Part shown: in pieces, positions 1 through 8,758 of the stretch
Position numbering within the stretch: the first letter of the stretch is position 1
How the letters are laid out: the number at the start of each line of letters is the position of its first letter
From: Nitrospirales bacterium
Lineage (GTDB): Bacteria > Nitrospirota > Nitrospiria > Nitrospirales > UBA8639
Direction of reading: 5' to 3'
Assembly: GCA_963422365.1 (NCBI GenBank)
Contig: OY729426.1
Location: 1,408,001-1,472,000 of the forward strand
DNA length: 64,000 nucleotides
Notes under the pieces: model-generated
What the model saw: the letters and a program-made list of their open reading frames with translations, nothing else
The model's database searches: none
Told to the model about the DNA's origin: nothing
Made by a program: the position numbers and the translations under genes

Positions 1-18
1 AAGGCGGATAGGGGCAAT

Positions 19-1863
19 ATGACGCTGATGCACACCGCCACCTCCGCTATCAGGCGCACCATCATGCGCCTGCTGACCGGCAAGCGGTCGCGTGCGTTTG
101 CCGCCCGCCGTGTGGATTTGACCATGCCCACCCGGCTACGCAACGCGCTGTTCGTCCTGTTCATCGGTGGCATCCTGGCCTACGGGGCCGGGTTCGCCTG
201 CTACCTGCTCGCCCGCTTCGACCTCGTCAACCTGCTTCGCGACGTGAATGCCGACGACTCTTTCTACTACTTTCAGATCGCCTGGAACCTGGCCGAGGGG
301 AAGTTCTCCACCTTCGACGGCGGCATCAGCCGCACCAACGGCTATCACCCCGTCTGGATGCTGCTTGTCACGCCGTTCTACTGGGTGTTCGACAAGGAAG
401 CGGCGCTGTTCGCCATCAAGGCGTTCGAGATTATGCTGATCGCCGGTGGCGTTGTCTTCATCGTCGTAGCGGCGCGGTTGGCGCGCCTGCCGTGGGTGTT
501 GCTGTTCGCCGCGCTGCCGGCGCTATATCGAAATCACGGCGCCTGGGTGGGGATGGAGGCATCCGCGGGGCTGTTCATGCTGGGCTTGTTGTTTCTGACC
601 CTGTGCCTGTACGCGCGCAATCCGGCACGCTGGCGCTGGGCGCTGGCCACGGTCGCCTTCGCCCTGCCGTGGGTGCGTCTGGAGTACATGGCCATATCCC
701 TGGCGGCCACCGGCGCGCTGTACGTTATCGAATGGTCTTGGCGGGAGCGGTCGTCCGGCGCATCCCGGAGAGAGCAAGTCCGTTCCGTATTGGCGGCCGA
801 TGCCGTCATTCCATTGCTCGGTGCCCTCGCTGGCATCCTGGTCTATTTCGCCTACAACTGGCTCGTCTTCGGCGGCATCCTGCCGGTAAGCGGCGTGACC
901 AAACACCTCTGGTCGCAAGTTCGGTGGGAATATGAAGGCGGCTACAGCCTGCCGCGGAACCTCCTGAACATCATGGAAATCCGGATGTTCAGCGGCGGCG
1001 CGCTGGCGGTTATGCTGGCGTCCTGTGCCTTCCTCCCGCTGCTTTGGTGGCTTGTCCGCCGTGCACGCAGGCGGGACGACTGGCTGCTGTTGGTTTTTCT
1101 GGTGGGCGTGTTCGGTGTGGCGGCGGGCCATCTGGGCAAATTCGCGCAGACCGTGCTTGCCGTACATCCTGCCGTCGCGAACTACTCTTGGTATTTCGTC
1201 CCGGCCTATCTGACGCTGGCGCTGTTCATTCCTGTCGGATGTTACGTGGCGGTCCGCCTGGTTCTTCTCTTTGTCAGTCCCGGATCGCGCCGCGCCGCCG
1301 TGTTCCTGAGCCGGGGGATCATCGGCGTTGGCGCGGCCATACTGTTCGTAAAGACGGATTTCACTTATCCGTTCCGGTACGTAGACCACGCCAACCCGAA
1401 CATCTGGAAGTTATTCTCCTACTTGAGCGCGCAAGCGATGAACCGCACTCTTCCCGAAGGCAGCGTGGTCGGATCGTGGGATGCCGGCGTCCTCGGCTAC
1501 TTCTCGCGTTTTCCGGTGGTGAATCTCGATGGTCTGGTCAACTCGTACGAATATCTGCACGGGTACCGTGACGCGGGTCGGAAAACAGGATGGACATACA
1601 AAAACAAACATGCAAACGCCGAATCGCCGTTCGAAAAGTTCGGCATCACGCACTTCGCCAACATAGAGCCTATCGATAAGAAGATCGATGCGTCGATATA
1701 TGAGAGCGCGTCAATTCCAGGTGCCCGCACGAAGAACAAGAAGGAGGTATCGTTTCGAGTCTGGTCGCCGCGCCACTGGGCAATTTTGACACCGCTGCTT
1801 GGTTCTGGGAGAAAATGGAGCCTCACTTCGACTACCGGTCGGGTGATGCCGGGCTTATTGTGA
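19..1863 (+). CDS. GT-C-fold membrane glycosyltransferase-like protein, N-terminal part (probably joined to 1815..3122 by a frameshift near 1768)
   Basis: Many TM segments; acidic loop motif NADDSFYYFQIA...GYHPVW after the first TM and WDAGVLGYFS..VNLDGLVN, typical of GT-C transferases. Start uncertain. Confidence 0.7.
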   Translation: MTLMHTATSAIRRTIMRLLTGKRSRAFAARRVDLTMPTRLRNALFVLFIGGILAYGAGFACYLLARFDLVNLLRDVNADDSFYYFQIAWNLAEGKFSTFDGGISRTNGYHPVWMLLVTPFYWVFDKEAALFAIKAFEIMLIAGGVVFIVVAARLARLPWVLLFAALPALYRNHGAWVGMEASAGLFMLGLLFLTLCLYARNPARWRWALATVAFALPWVRLEYMAISLAATGALYVIEWSWRERSSGASRREQVRSVLAADAVIPLLGALAGILVYFAYNWLVFGGILPVSGVTKHLWSQVRWEYEGGYSLPRNLLNIMEIRMFSGGALAVMLASCAFLPLLWWLVRRARRRDDWLLLVFLVGVFGVAAGHLGKFAQTVLAVHPAVANYSWYFVPAYLTLALFIPVGCYVAVRLVLLFVSPGSRRAAVFLSRGIIGVGAAILFVKTDFTYPFRYVDHANPNIWKLFSYLSAQAMNRTLPEGSVVGSWDAGVLGYFSRFPVVNLDGLVNSYEYLHGYRDAGRKTGWTYKNKHANAESPFEKFGITHFANIEPIDKKIDASIYESASIPGARTKNKKEVSFRVWSPRHWAILTPLLGSGRKWSLTSTTGRVMPGLL

Positions 1864-3122
1864 ACGGCCGGACAGTGCAGGCGTTCGCCAGGAAATGCCC
1901 ATCGGACGAGGAGATCGTGTGGTCCTGGAATGGGTCGGAAGGCAAGGCGTTCGTCGGCCCCTCGGGGCGGTGGAGGAATACGCAAACCGGGTTATGCGTA
2001 ACCACCGCCGTGTTGCCCCAAAACCCAGATGCCCCGATGCGGCCTCAGTCAATGACAGCGAGCGATTACCTGGCGGAGCTGATCAAGGATCGCCAACCGG
2101 TCATCCGCTCGAATTATGATGTGTATCTTGTCGACGACAGCCTCATCTACGTCAAGGATCAGTGTAAGGCGGCGGACACCGAGGCGCCCTTCTTCCTGCA
2201 TCTCGTGCCTGCTCGCCGATTTGATTTATCCGTGCGGCGCTGGCTGTATGGCTACGATAACCTGGACTTCGATTTCAAGGACCGTGGGGTCGTCTTCGAC
2301 GGCAAGTGCATGGCGGTGCGCGATGCGCCGGACTACGCCATTGCTGCCATCCGCACCGGGCAGTACACGGCGGCGGGGCGCGTGTGGGAGAGCCGCCATC
2401 CGCCGGTCGTTCGTGCGGCGGAGTATGCGGCGGTGGTGGCCGGGGAGGCGCTGATCCGCTCGGAGTGGGACGTGTATCGGCATGAGGGACGCCTGTACTA
2501 CGTCAAGGAGCAGTGTAAGGCGGCAGACACCGAGGCGCCCTTCTTCCTGCACGTCATACCTGCTCGCCGGTTTGATTTATCCGTGTGGCGCTGGCCGTAT
2601 GGCAACGACAACCTGGACTTTGACTTCAACGACCAGGGCATCGCCTTCGACGGCAAGTGCATGGCGGTGCGCGATGCGCCGGACTACGCCATTGCTGCCA
2701 TCCGCACCGGGCAGTACACGGCGGCGGGGCGCGTGTGGGAGAGCCGCCATCCGCCGGTCGTTCGTGCGGCGGAGTATGCGGCGGTGGTGGCCGGGGAGGC
2801 GCTGATCCGCTCGGAGTGGGACGTGTATCGGCATGAGGGACGCCTGTACTACGTCAAGGAGCAGTGTAAGGCGGCAGACACCGAGGCGCGCTTCTTCCTG
2901 CACGTCATACCTGCTCGCCGGTTTGATTTATCCGTGCGGCGCTGGCTGTATGGCTACGATAACCTGGACTTCGATTTCAAGGACCGTGGGGTCGTCTTCG
3001 ACGGCAAGTGCATGGCGGCGCGCGATGCGCCGGACTACGCCATCGCTGGTATTCGTACCGGACAATTCACGGCGGCGAGGCGCGTTTGGCAGGGTGAATA
3101 TCACCGTGATGCGTCGCCTTGA
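1815..3122 (+). CDS. Extracytoplasmic protein region with 3 tandem ~117-aa repeats (likely C-terminus of the upstream GT-C protein)
   Basis: Repeats IRS.xDVY...YVKxQC...FFLH..P...DNLDFDF...C...PDYAIAAIRTGQ. The frame extends upstream as APLGNFDTAAWFWEKM. Confidence 0.75.
   Translation: MEPHFDYRSGDAGLIVNGRTVQAFARKCPSDEEIVWSWNGSEGKAFVGPSGRWRNTQTGLCVTTAVLPQNPDAPMRPQSMTASDYLAELIKDRQPVIRSNYDVYLVDDSLIYVKDQCKAADTEAPFFLHLVPARRFDLSVRRWLYGYDNLDFDFKDRGVVFDGKCMAVRDAPDYAIAAIRTGQYTAAGRVWESRHPPVVRAAEYAAVVAGEALIRSEWDVYRHEGRLYYVKEQCKAADTEAPFFLHVIPARRFDLSVWRWPYGNDNLDFDFNDQGIAFDGKCMAVRDAPDYAIAAIRTGQYTAAGRVWESRHPPVVRAAEYAAVVAGEALIRSEWDVYRHEGRLYYVKEQCKAADTEARFFLHVIPARRFDLSVRRWLYGYDNLDFDFKDRGVVFDGKCMAARDAPDYAIAGIRTGQFTAARRVWQGEYHRDASP
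2103..3110 (+). repeat. Coding tandem repeat, 3 units with a 351-bp period
   Basis: ATCCGCTCG recurs at 2103, 2454 and 2805; long near-identical stretches between units. Confidence 0.95.
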
Positions 3123-3129
3123 TAACACG

Positions 3130-3618
3130 ATGACGGGGCGGTTGACCGGGCTGCAAGGGTCGCCCGTATTCCTGATCTCACTCTGCCTGCCATGGCTGGT
3201 TCTGCTTGGATGGCTCGCCGTTGTCGCATGGTTCCTGTGCGATGACGCCTTCATCAGCTTCCGCTACGTCCGCAACCTGCTGGAAGGCCACGGCCTAGTC
3301 TTCAATCCCGGCGAGTACGTCGAGGGCTACACCAACTTCCTGTGGATGCTGGAGTTGGCGGCGATATGGAGACTATTGGGCATCCCGCCGGAACAGGCGG
3401 TGCCGTGGCTGTCGATTGCCTGCACCGTCGGGACTATCGCGGCGATGCTGTGGTGGGTCAATGCGCCTGCCGTGGGTGCGCCTTGCCGCCCGGCGTTGGC
3501 GGCCTCCCGCACCGGGCTGGATGGGCGCGCGAACCTTCGCGGAGCACCGCGAGTGCGCCAACCAGCTACTACGAAAGTGGAAACCTTACGAGTCCGAAGC
3601 GGTCGAAGAGGCTCGTAG
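3130..3618 (+). pseudogene. Truncated GT-C glycosyltransferase (AftB-like N-terminus)
   Basis: CDDAFISFRYVRNLLEGHGLVFNPGEYVEGYTNFLW motif; hydrophobic membrane-protein character ends after ...AMLWWV (~3460). Confidence 0.7.
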
Positions 3619-3673
3619 GTTTGTCTCGGCGCCATTGCGGGAAGCGCCATGCGGGGCATGCAGGAGCGTATCC

Positions 3674-5655
3674 GTGCGGTCGGTAGGAAATTTGATCAGA
3701 GGAAACCCGCTATTGCTTGCCTTGCTGGCATTCAGCGTTGCAAGTCGAGCGTATGGCATTCTATGGGGCGTTACGCTCTGGCCTCTCGATGTTTCTGTCT
3801 ACCACCCGGACGAACCCCAGATAATAGACCAAGCATTCAACTTCCCCGACGACATTCTTGAAAGAACAGACTTTCGTTACCCTACCGGACATGGCTACCT
3901 CATCGCGATTCTCGGTTGGCCGTTCGTAAAAATCGCTGGTGCGCTCGAGATGGACGTGTACTTGGTAACGTACATGATCGGACGATTGATCTCGGTATTG
4001 ATGGGCACTGCATCGGTCGGGCTCACCTACCTGATCGGCAAGAGCATTTACGGACATCGTTTCGGGTTGCTGTCTGCCGCTTTGCTGGCGGTCAGCACGA
4101 TGCATGTAGCCAATTCGGCCTGGGCGACATTGGATGTTCCAAGCTCCTTTTGGCTTGTTTTGTTCTGCTGGTTGCTTGTGCGGACCTCGTCCTGTCTTCA
4201 TCACTGGAGGTTGCTGGGCGTAACGCTGGGCGTTCTGATCGGAACAAAATATACTGGTGGGATAGCTGTCATTGTCCTGATAGTCGCGGTTGTTGGGGAG
4301 TTGCGCCGGGAAAACAGCCCGGTGAAGGTCGTAGGAAGATCGGCGATTACCAACTGCCTGTGGGCAATCGGAGGGATTGCGGTCTCGGCATTCTTCCTGT
4401 CGACCCCGGGAATTCTCGTGCAACCGGATATGTTTCTCCAGTCAATTGCGTTCTTGTCGGCACAATTCACCCCCTACCCGCTCCTTCTTAACCTTCTCAA
4501 GATCGCCGACGCCTTAGGAACGACGGTAGCCGTGGCGACAGCAATTGGTATGGCAGGATGTTTTGCGTTTGCGTCGGGGCGTAAATTGAGACCTTACGCG
4601 ATTGCGGTAGCGATCTTTATTCTCTGCTGCGTTACTTTCATTAACACACCGCCTCGTTATATCATCCTGATTGCGCCACTTTGTGCACTATTGGCCGGCT
4701 ACGCCGCTGTGCAAGCCTGTCTTCTCGTTCGCAAAGGGAGGGTGATGATTATCGGTTTCTGTATCCTTGTCTTCGGCTACAACGGAATCCATACCTTGCG
4801 AACCGTCGCGGCTCGATATCCGGACTCCCGTTCCCTGGCGGAACACTACATCTCCGAACACGTCCCGGACGGTGCAACGATCGGTTTCATGTACGAGTCG
4901 GATGCTGTTCCCTATCCACTTTACAAATGGCGGTATCCGCAGGTCGATCTCGAACGCGTGGTCTATACGGATTTCCTGCAGAGCCCCGAGTATGTTGTCG
5001 TATCCGAATATGCGGTCGGCGAGGTGAAGAAGATACTGAATTCCGGTGTTCTGAAAGGAGATTACAAGGGTCCGCCCGAGTTACGGGTCAGGTTCTGGCG
5101 ATTGAATCCTTCGTCGAGAATTTTCGAATTCGTGGATCAGCTCTATTTCTCCGAAGATTCGCCGTATCGCCGCACAAGGGAATTTCGTACGCTGCATGGC
5201 CACAATCCATCGCTCGAGTTTCCTTCGCCAACCATCGAGGTATTTCGCCGAAAGGCAGGGGCGAGCGATTATGTGGCGAGGCTTATCGGCGACAGTCGGC
5301 CGATCATCCGCTCCGGCTACGATGTGTATCTCATCGAGAACAGTCTCATCTACGTAAAGGAGTCATGCAGGAAGGATCGCATTCAGGCACGTTTTTTCCT
5401 GCACGCGATCCCGGTTGACGCGACCGATCTCCCTGACCGCTACAAACAGTACGGCTATGACAACCTCGACTTCGATTTCCGAGACCACAGTCTCAGCGCG
5501 AGAAATATCTGCGTGGCGAGGCGGGAATTGCCGGACTACGACCTTGCCGCCTTCGCACCGGGCAGTACATACGCGTGGAAGGCGGTTTCGATAACATCTG
5601 GGAGGGTGGCTTCGAGGTGACGGAGCCGGTGGGCAGCGGGGAGGTCGCGCCATGA
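3674..5655 (+). CDS. ArnT/PMT-like GT-C glycosyltransferase with one C-terminal copy of the 117-aa domain (frameshift near 5552)
   Basis: AGGAG then GTG at 3674; YHPDE loop motif, GRLISVLMG and KY motifs, many TMs. The shifted frame continues RTGQYIRVEGGFDNIWEG to TGA 5655, overlapping the next ATG (ATGA). Confidence 0.75.
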
Positions 5656-6395
5656 GCGACAAGCACAAAACGGCACTGGTGATGGGTGCCACGTCTGATA
5701 TCGGCCGCGCCATCGCGCGCCAACTGGCGCACCGCGGCTATGCGTTACAGCTTACGGCGCGCGACCCCGTGCGACTCGAGCGGGAAGTGCAGGACCTCTG
5801 GGTGCGCACCGGCGCTGCAGTGACATCGTATTGCTGGGACGCGCTCCGGGACGGTGGCGGCGCCTCGTTCCTTGATACGCTCGACCCCTTGCCCGATGTG
5901 GCAGTGTGCGTCGTCGGACTGCTCGGCGACCAAGCGGAGAGCCAGCGAGACGGCGTGGCGGCGGAGCGGGTGATGTGCACCAACTATGTCGGTCCCGCGC
6001 TGCTGATGGGGGCGCTGGCCAAGCTCTTCGAGCAGCGCGGCAGCGGCGTCCTGGTTGGCGTCAGCTCGGTGGCGGGCGAACGCGGGCGCGCGTCGAACTA
6101 TGTGTACGGTTCGGCCAAGGCGGGACTCACCGCGTTCCTGTCCGGGCTGCGCAACCGGCTGGCCCGCTCCGGCATCCACGTGGTGACGGTCAAGCCGGGC
6201 TTCGTGCGCACCCGTATGACCGACGGAATGGACCTGCCGGCGCGGCTGACCGCCACGCCCCAGGAGGTGGCCGCTGCGGTCGTCCAAGCGATCCGCCGTC
6301 GCCGTGACGTGGTATACGTGCGCCGCGTCTGGCGCCCGATCATGCTGATCGTGCGCGCGCTTCCGGAACGTATTTTTAAGCGGCTGAAATTGTAA
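5652..6395 (+). CDS. Short-chain dehydrogenase/reductase, DprE2-like
   Basis: GATSDIG Rossmann motif; SSVAGERGRASNYVYGSAKAG with YxxxK; KPGFVRTRMT. Confidence 0.85.
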   Translation: MSDKHKTALVMGATSDIGRAIARQLAHRGYALQLTARDPVRLEREVQDLWVRTGAAVTSYCWDALRDGGGASFLDTLDPLPDVAVCVVGLLGDQAESQRDGVAAERVMCTNYVGPALLMGALAKLFEQRGSGVLVGVSSVAGERGRASNYVYGSAKAGLTAFLSGLRNRLARSGIHVVTVKPGFVRTRMTDGMDLPARLTATPQEVAAAVVQAIRRRRDVVYVRRVWRPIMLIVRALPERIFKRLKL

Positions 6396-6401
6396 GTATT
6401 C

Positions 6402-6551
6402 ATGATTTCGCCAACAACGATGGACTTCGAAAACTCGGGGGAAGTCGGTGACGATGTTTATGTCAATGACACCAAATTGATAGACACAAAGAGCGCGTGT
6501 AGCCAGGACGACGTTGGCCCAAAATTCCGGCTGTACCTGATTCCGGTTTGA
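6402..6551 (+). pseudogene. Degenerate fragment of the same 117-aa domain
   Basis: Translates as DVYVNDTKLIDTKSACSQDDVGPKFRLYLIPV, which aligns with DVYLVDDSLIYVKDQCKAADTEAPFFLHLVP. Confidence 0.6.
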
Positions 6552-6603
6552 CGAGGAGCCAAGGCTATCCACCGCCTGAACCCCATCGAGTTGGTACGGC
6601 TGG

Positions 6604-7051
6604 CTAGTGCAACGGATCAACGACCGTAAAGAATGGGAAGCGATGAAAATCGGTGTCACGAGTGCAGAGCCGGCCAACACCGTGCTCGTGCATCAACACC
6701 GCGGTGTGGAGGTCATGCGTTGTGTTCCCACTGAAGTCCGGCAACTCTGTCAACGTCTGCGACAGGACAGCCGAGTGACGGTCCGTCGCGGTGTAGGGCG
6801 CCATCTTATGTCGCCGCTCTTGGCCGCATAAGATGCGGCTCTTCAGCTAAAGCGCCAAGCGTCTCCAGGATTCAATGTCGGCCGAAATACGCCAGGGTGG
6901 GTCCTGACCAGAAGGAACGCTAAGAGAGGTTCCCTGCGAGAAACACCAGCGATGGTTCAAGCCGCCATTGCTCGATTCGTCGCCTGCAGACTTCGTGAAA
7001 TTTGGAGACCTCGTTGGCGGCGTAGAGAAGAACGTTCGTATCGAGCAGCAA
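6604..7051 (-). pseudogene. vapC: VapC PIN-domain toxin, disrupted
   Basis: N-terminal LLDTNVLLYA, middle THPGVF, C-terminal HDLHTAVLMHEHGV..LCTRDTDFHRFP; internal stops and frameshifts. Confidence 0.8.
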
Positions 7052-7063
7052 TTCCTTGCTTGT

Positions 7064-7315
7064 CTATTGCCGATTGATCTCATCCGATCCCATTGCCAAA
7101 TACAGATCCTCGCGGTTGGAGATATCGACCATTGCGTCACCGCGCCAACTCGGCAGCGGCGGAAGCGAATCCGGCTTTGTGGCATACGGCGAGTATTCAT
7201 GAAGAATGCGTCTGAGTCCTGCTTCCACGAGGGCTGGCATGGTGGTCCCCCGTCGGACAGCCTCTTCGCGCAATCGCTGCCTCACGGTGTTGTCTATATT
7301 GAGAGTCTTCTTCAT
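7064..7315 (-). CDS. vapB: VapB-like ribbon-helix-helix antitoxin
   Basis: MKKTLNIDNTVRQRLREEAVRRGTTMPALVEAGLR...LPPLPSW; lies directly upstream of the vapC remnant. Confidence 0.75.
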   Translation of the reverse strand: MKKTLNIDNTVRQRLREEAVRRGTTMPALVEAGLRRILHEYSPYATKPDSLPPLPSWRGDAMVDISNREDLYLAMGSDEINRQ

Positions 7316-7589
7316 CTGGCAAATCAGACGGCCAATAGACCTATCGGTCAACTCTTGTGCAAAGTTGCCATGGTCGATACTTCGGAAATGAAAGACGTGA
7401 GATCTCCGATTTCATTATCCTGTGCGATCGCAGGGAGAGGCCTGCCTTGACTGTTTCCTTTCTTGAGGATCTGTGATCTGTTCTGCATAATGACGAAGGT
7501 GAATTTGGACAGCATGGAAAGGGGCTCCTTGACCTGCCTGTGCCGATCAATGCACGAGTCTGTTGCGAGCGGAACCGTGCACAGGTCTG

Positions 7590-7761
7590 TGTCATTCCCG
7601 CTGGATGTTACGGGGAATCATGGTTTCTTTTTCTGTGTTTGTCCTTACGAAAGTGGGTATCGTGTGGGAAGAGATGGGTCCCCGCTAAAAACTGCAGGGA
7701 TGACAGCCGTGGAGCGGGGCGACATGAGGCCTGTCCCTGCCTCGAGCAGGGATGTCGCCAC
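7590..7761. repeat. REP/MITE-like palindromic element(s)
   Basis: Imperfect ~30-bp inverted repeats gtcattcccgctgg..cggggaatcat / atgggtccccgc..gcagggatgac, followed by ggcgacat...atgtcgcc. Confidence 0.6.
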
Positions 7762-7814
7762 GACAAACTCAAAATGACAAAAGGGTTCAGGGTGACAATG
7801 TTGGAGGTTCGGGA

Positions 7815-8672
7815 ATGAGCCCTGAACGGTTGCCGGCGTGGTTCAAGGTCAAGATCGAGACGGGGCCTCATTATCGACGCATTCAGTCGCTGGTTCGAGA
7901 AAAACAGCTTCATACGATTTGTGAGGAAGCGCGATGTCCCAACAAATGGGAATGCTGGAATAACCGTACCGCGACGTTTTTGCTTTTGGGCGACGTCTGT
8001 ACGCGACGGTGTCAGTATTGTTCCGTGACAACGGGTCGCCCTGGCTCGGTTGATTGGCAGGAACCGGAACGGGTGGCCGAAGCCGTTCGAGATCTGGACT
8101 TGCGGCATGCAGTGCTGACCTCCGTGAATCGCGATGAACTGGACGATGGCGGCGCCTCTGTTTTTGCGGCCACCATTCATGCCATCCGGCGACTGCTGCC
8201 GATGTGTACGATTGAAGTGTTGGTGCCGGATTTTCAAGGAAACAGGGCATCGGTCGGGACCGTTCTGACGGCGGACCCGGAAATTTTTAATCACAATATC
8301 GAGACCGTCCCACGGTTGTTTCCAGTTGTCAGGCCGCAGGGACACTATGACCGTTCCTTGCAGGTGCTTCGTTGGGCAAAGGATCAAGGGGCGCGTACGA
8401 AATCAGGACTCATGGTTGGGATGGGCGAGACGAACGAGGAACTGCTGTCGGTCCTGCACGATCTTCGCACCATCGGCTGTGAAATTGTGTCGATAGGCCA
8501 GTATCTGCAGCCCACCAAAGCCCATCTCGCGGCGCACCGATATTACGAGCCCGAGGAATTTGAAGATCTCAGACGGCACGGGATGGCTTTGGGCTTTCGG
8601 CACGTGGAATCTGGGCCTTTGGTGCGCAGTTCGTATCATGCCGAACAACAAGCGGAATATGCCAAATTCTAA
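7815..8672 (+). CDS. lipA: Lipoyl synthase
   Basis: CEEARCPNKWEC, CTRRCQYC, HNIETVPRL, GPLVRSSYHA motifs. Confidence 0.97.
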   Translation: MSPERLPAWFKVKIETGPHYRRIQSLVREKQLHTICEEARCPNKWECWNNRTATFLLLGDVCTRRCQYCSVTTGRPGSVDWQEPERVAEAVRDLDLRHAVLTSVNRDELDDGGASVFAATIHAIRRLLPMCTIEVLVPDFQGNRASVGTVLTADPEIFNHNIETVPRLFPVVRPQGHYDRSLQVLRWAKDQGARTKSGLMVGMGETNEELLSVLHDLRTIGCEIVSIGQYLQPTKAHLAAHRYYEPEEFEDLRRHGMALGFRHVESGPLVRSSYHAEQQAEYAKF

Positions 8673-8758
8673 AGAGGGAAACATGTTATGATAATACTTG
8701 ACCCTTGGCCGGTGCGCGCCGATCCGTCGGGCGACCCTTAACGGCTTTCCTTCATTTT

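Noticed and set aside
2103..3110. Tandem repeats as a CRISPR array or DGR template/variable repeat
   Set aside because: The period is 351 bp, in-frame and coding, with no spacers. Differences between units are not adenine-specific, and no cas or reverse transcriptase gene is present.
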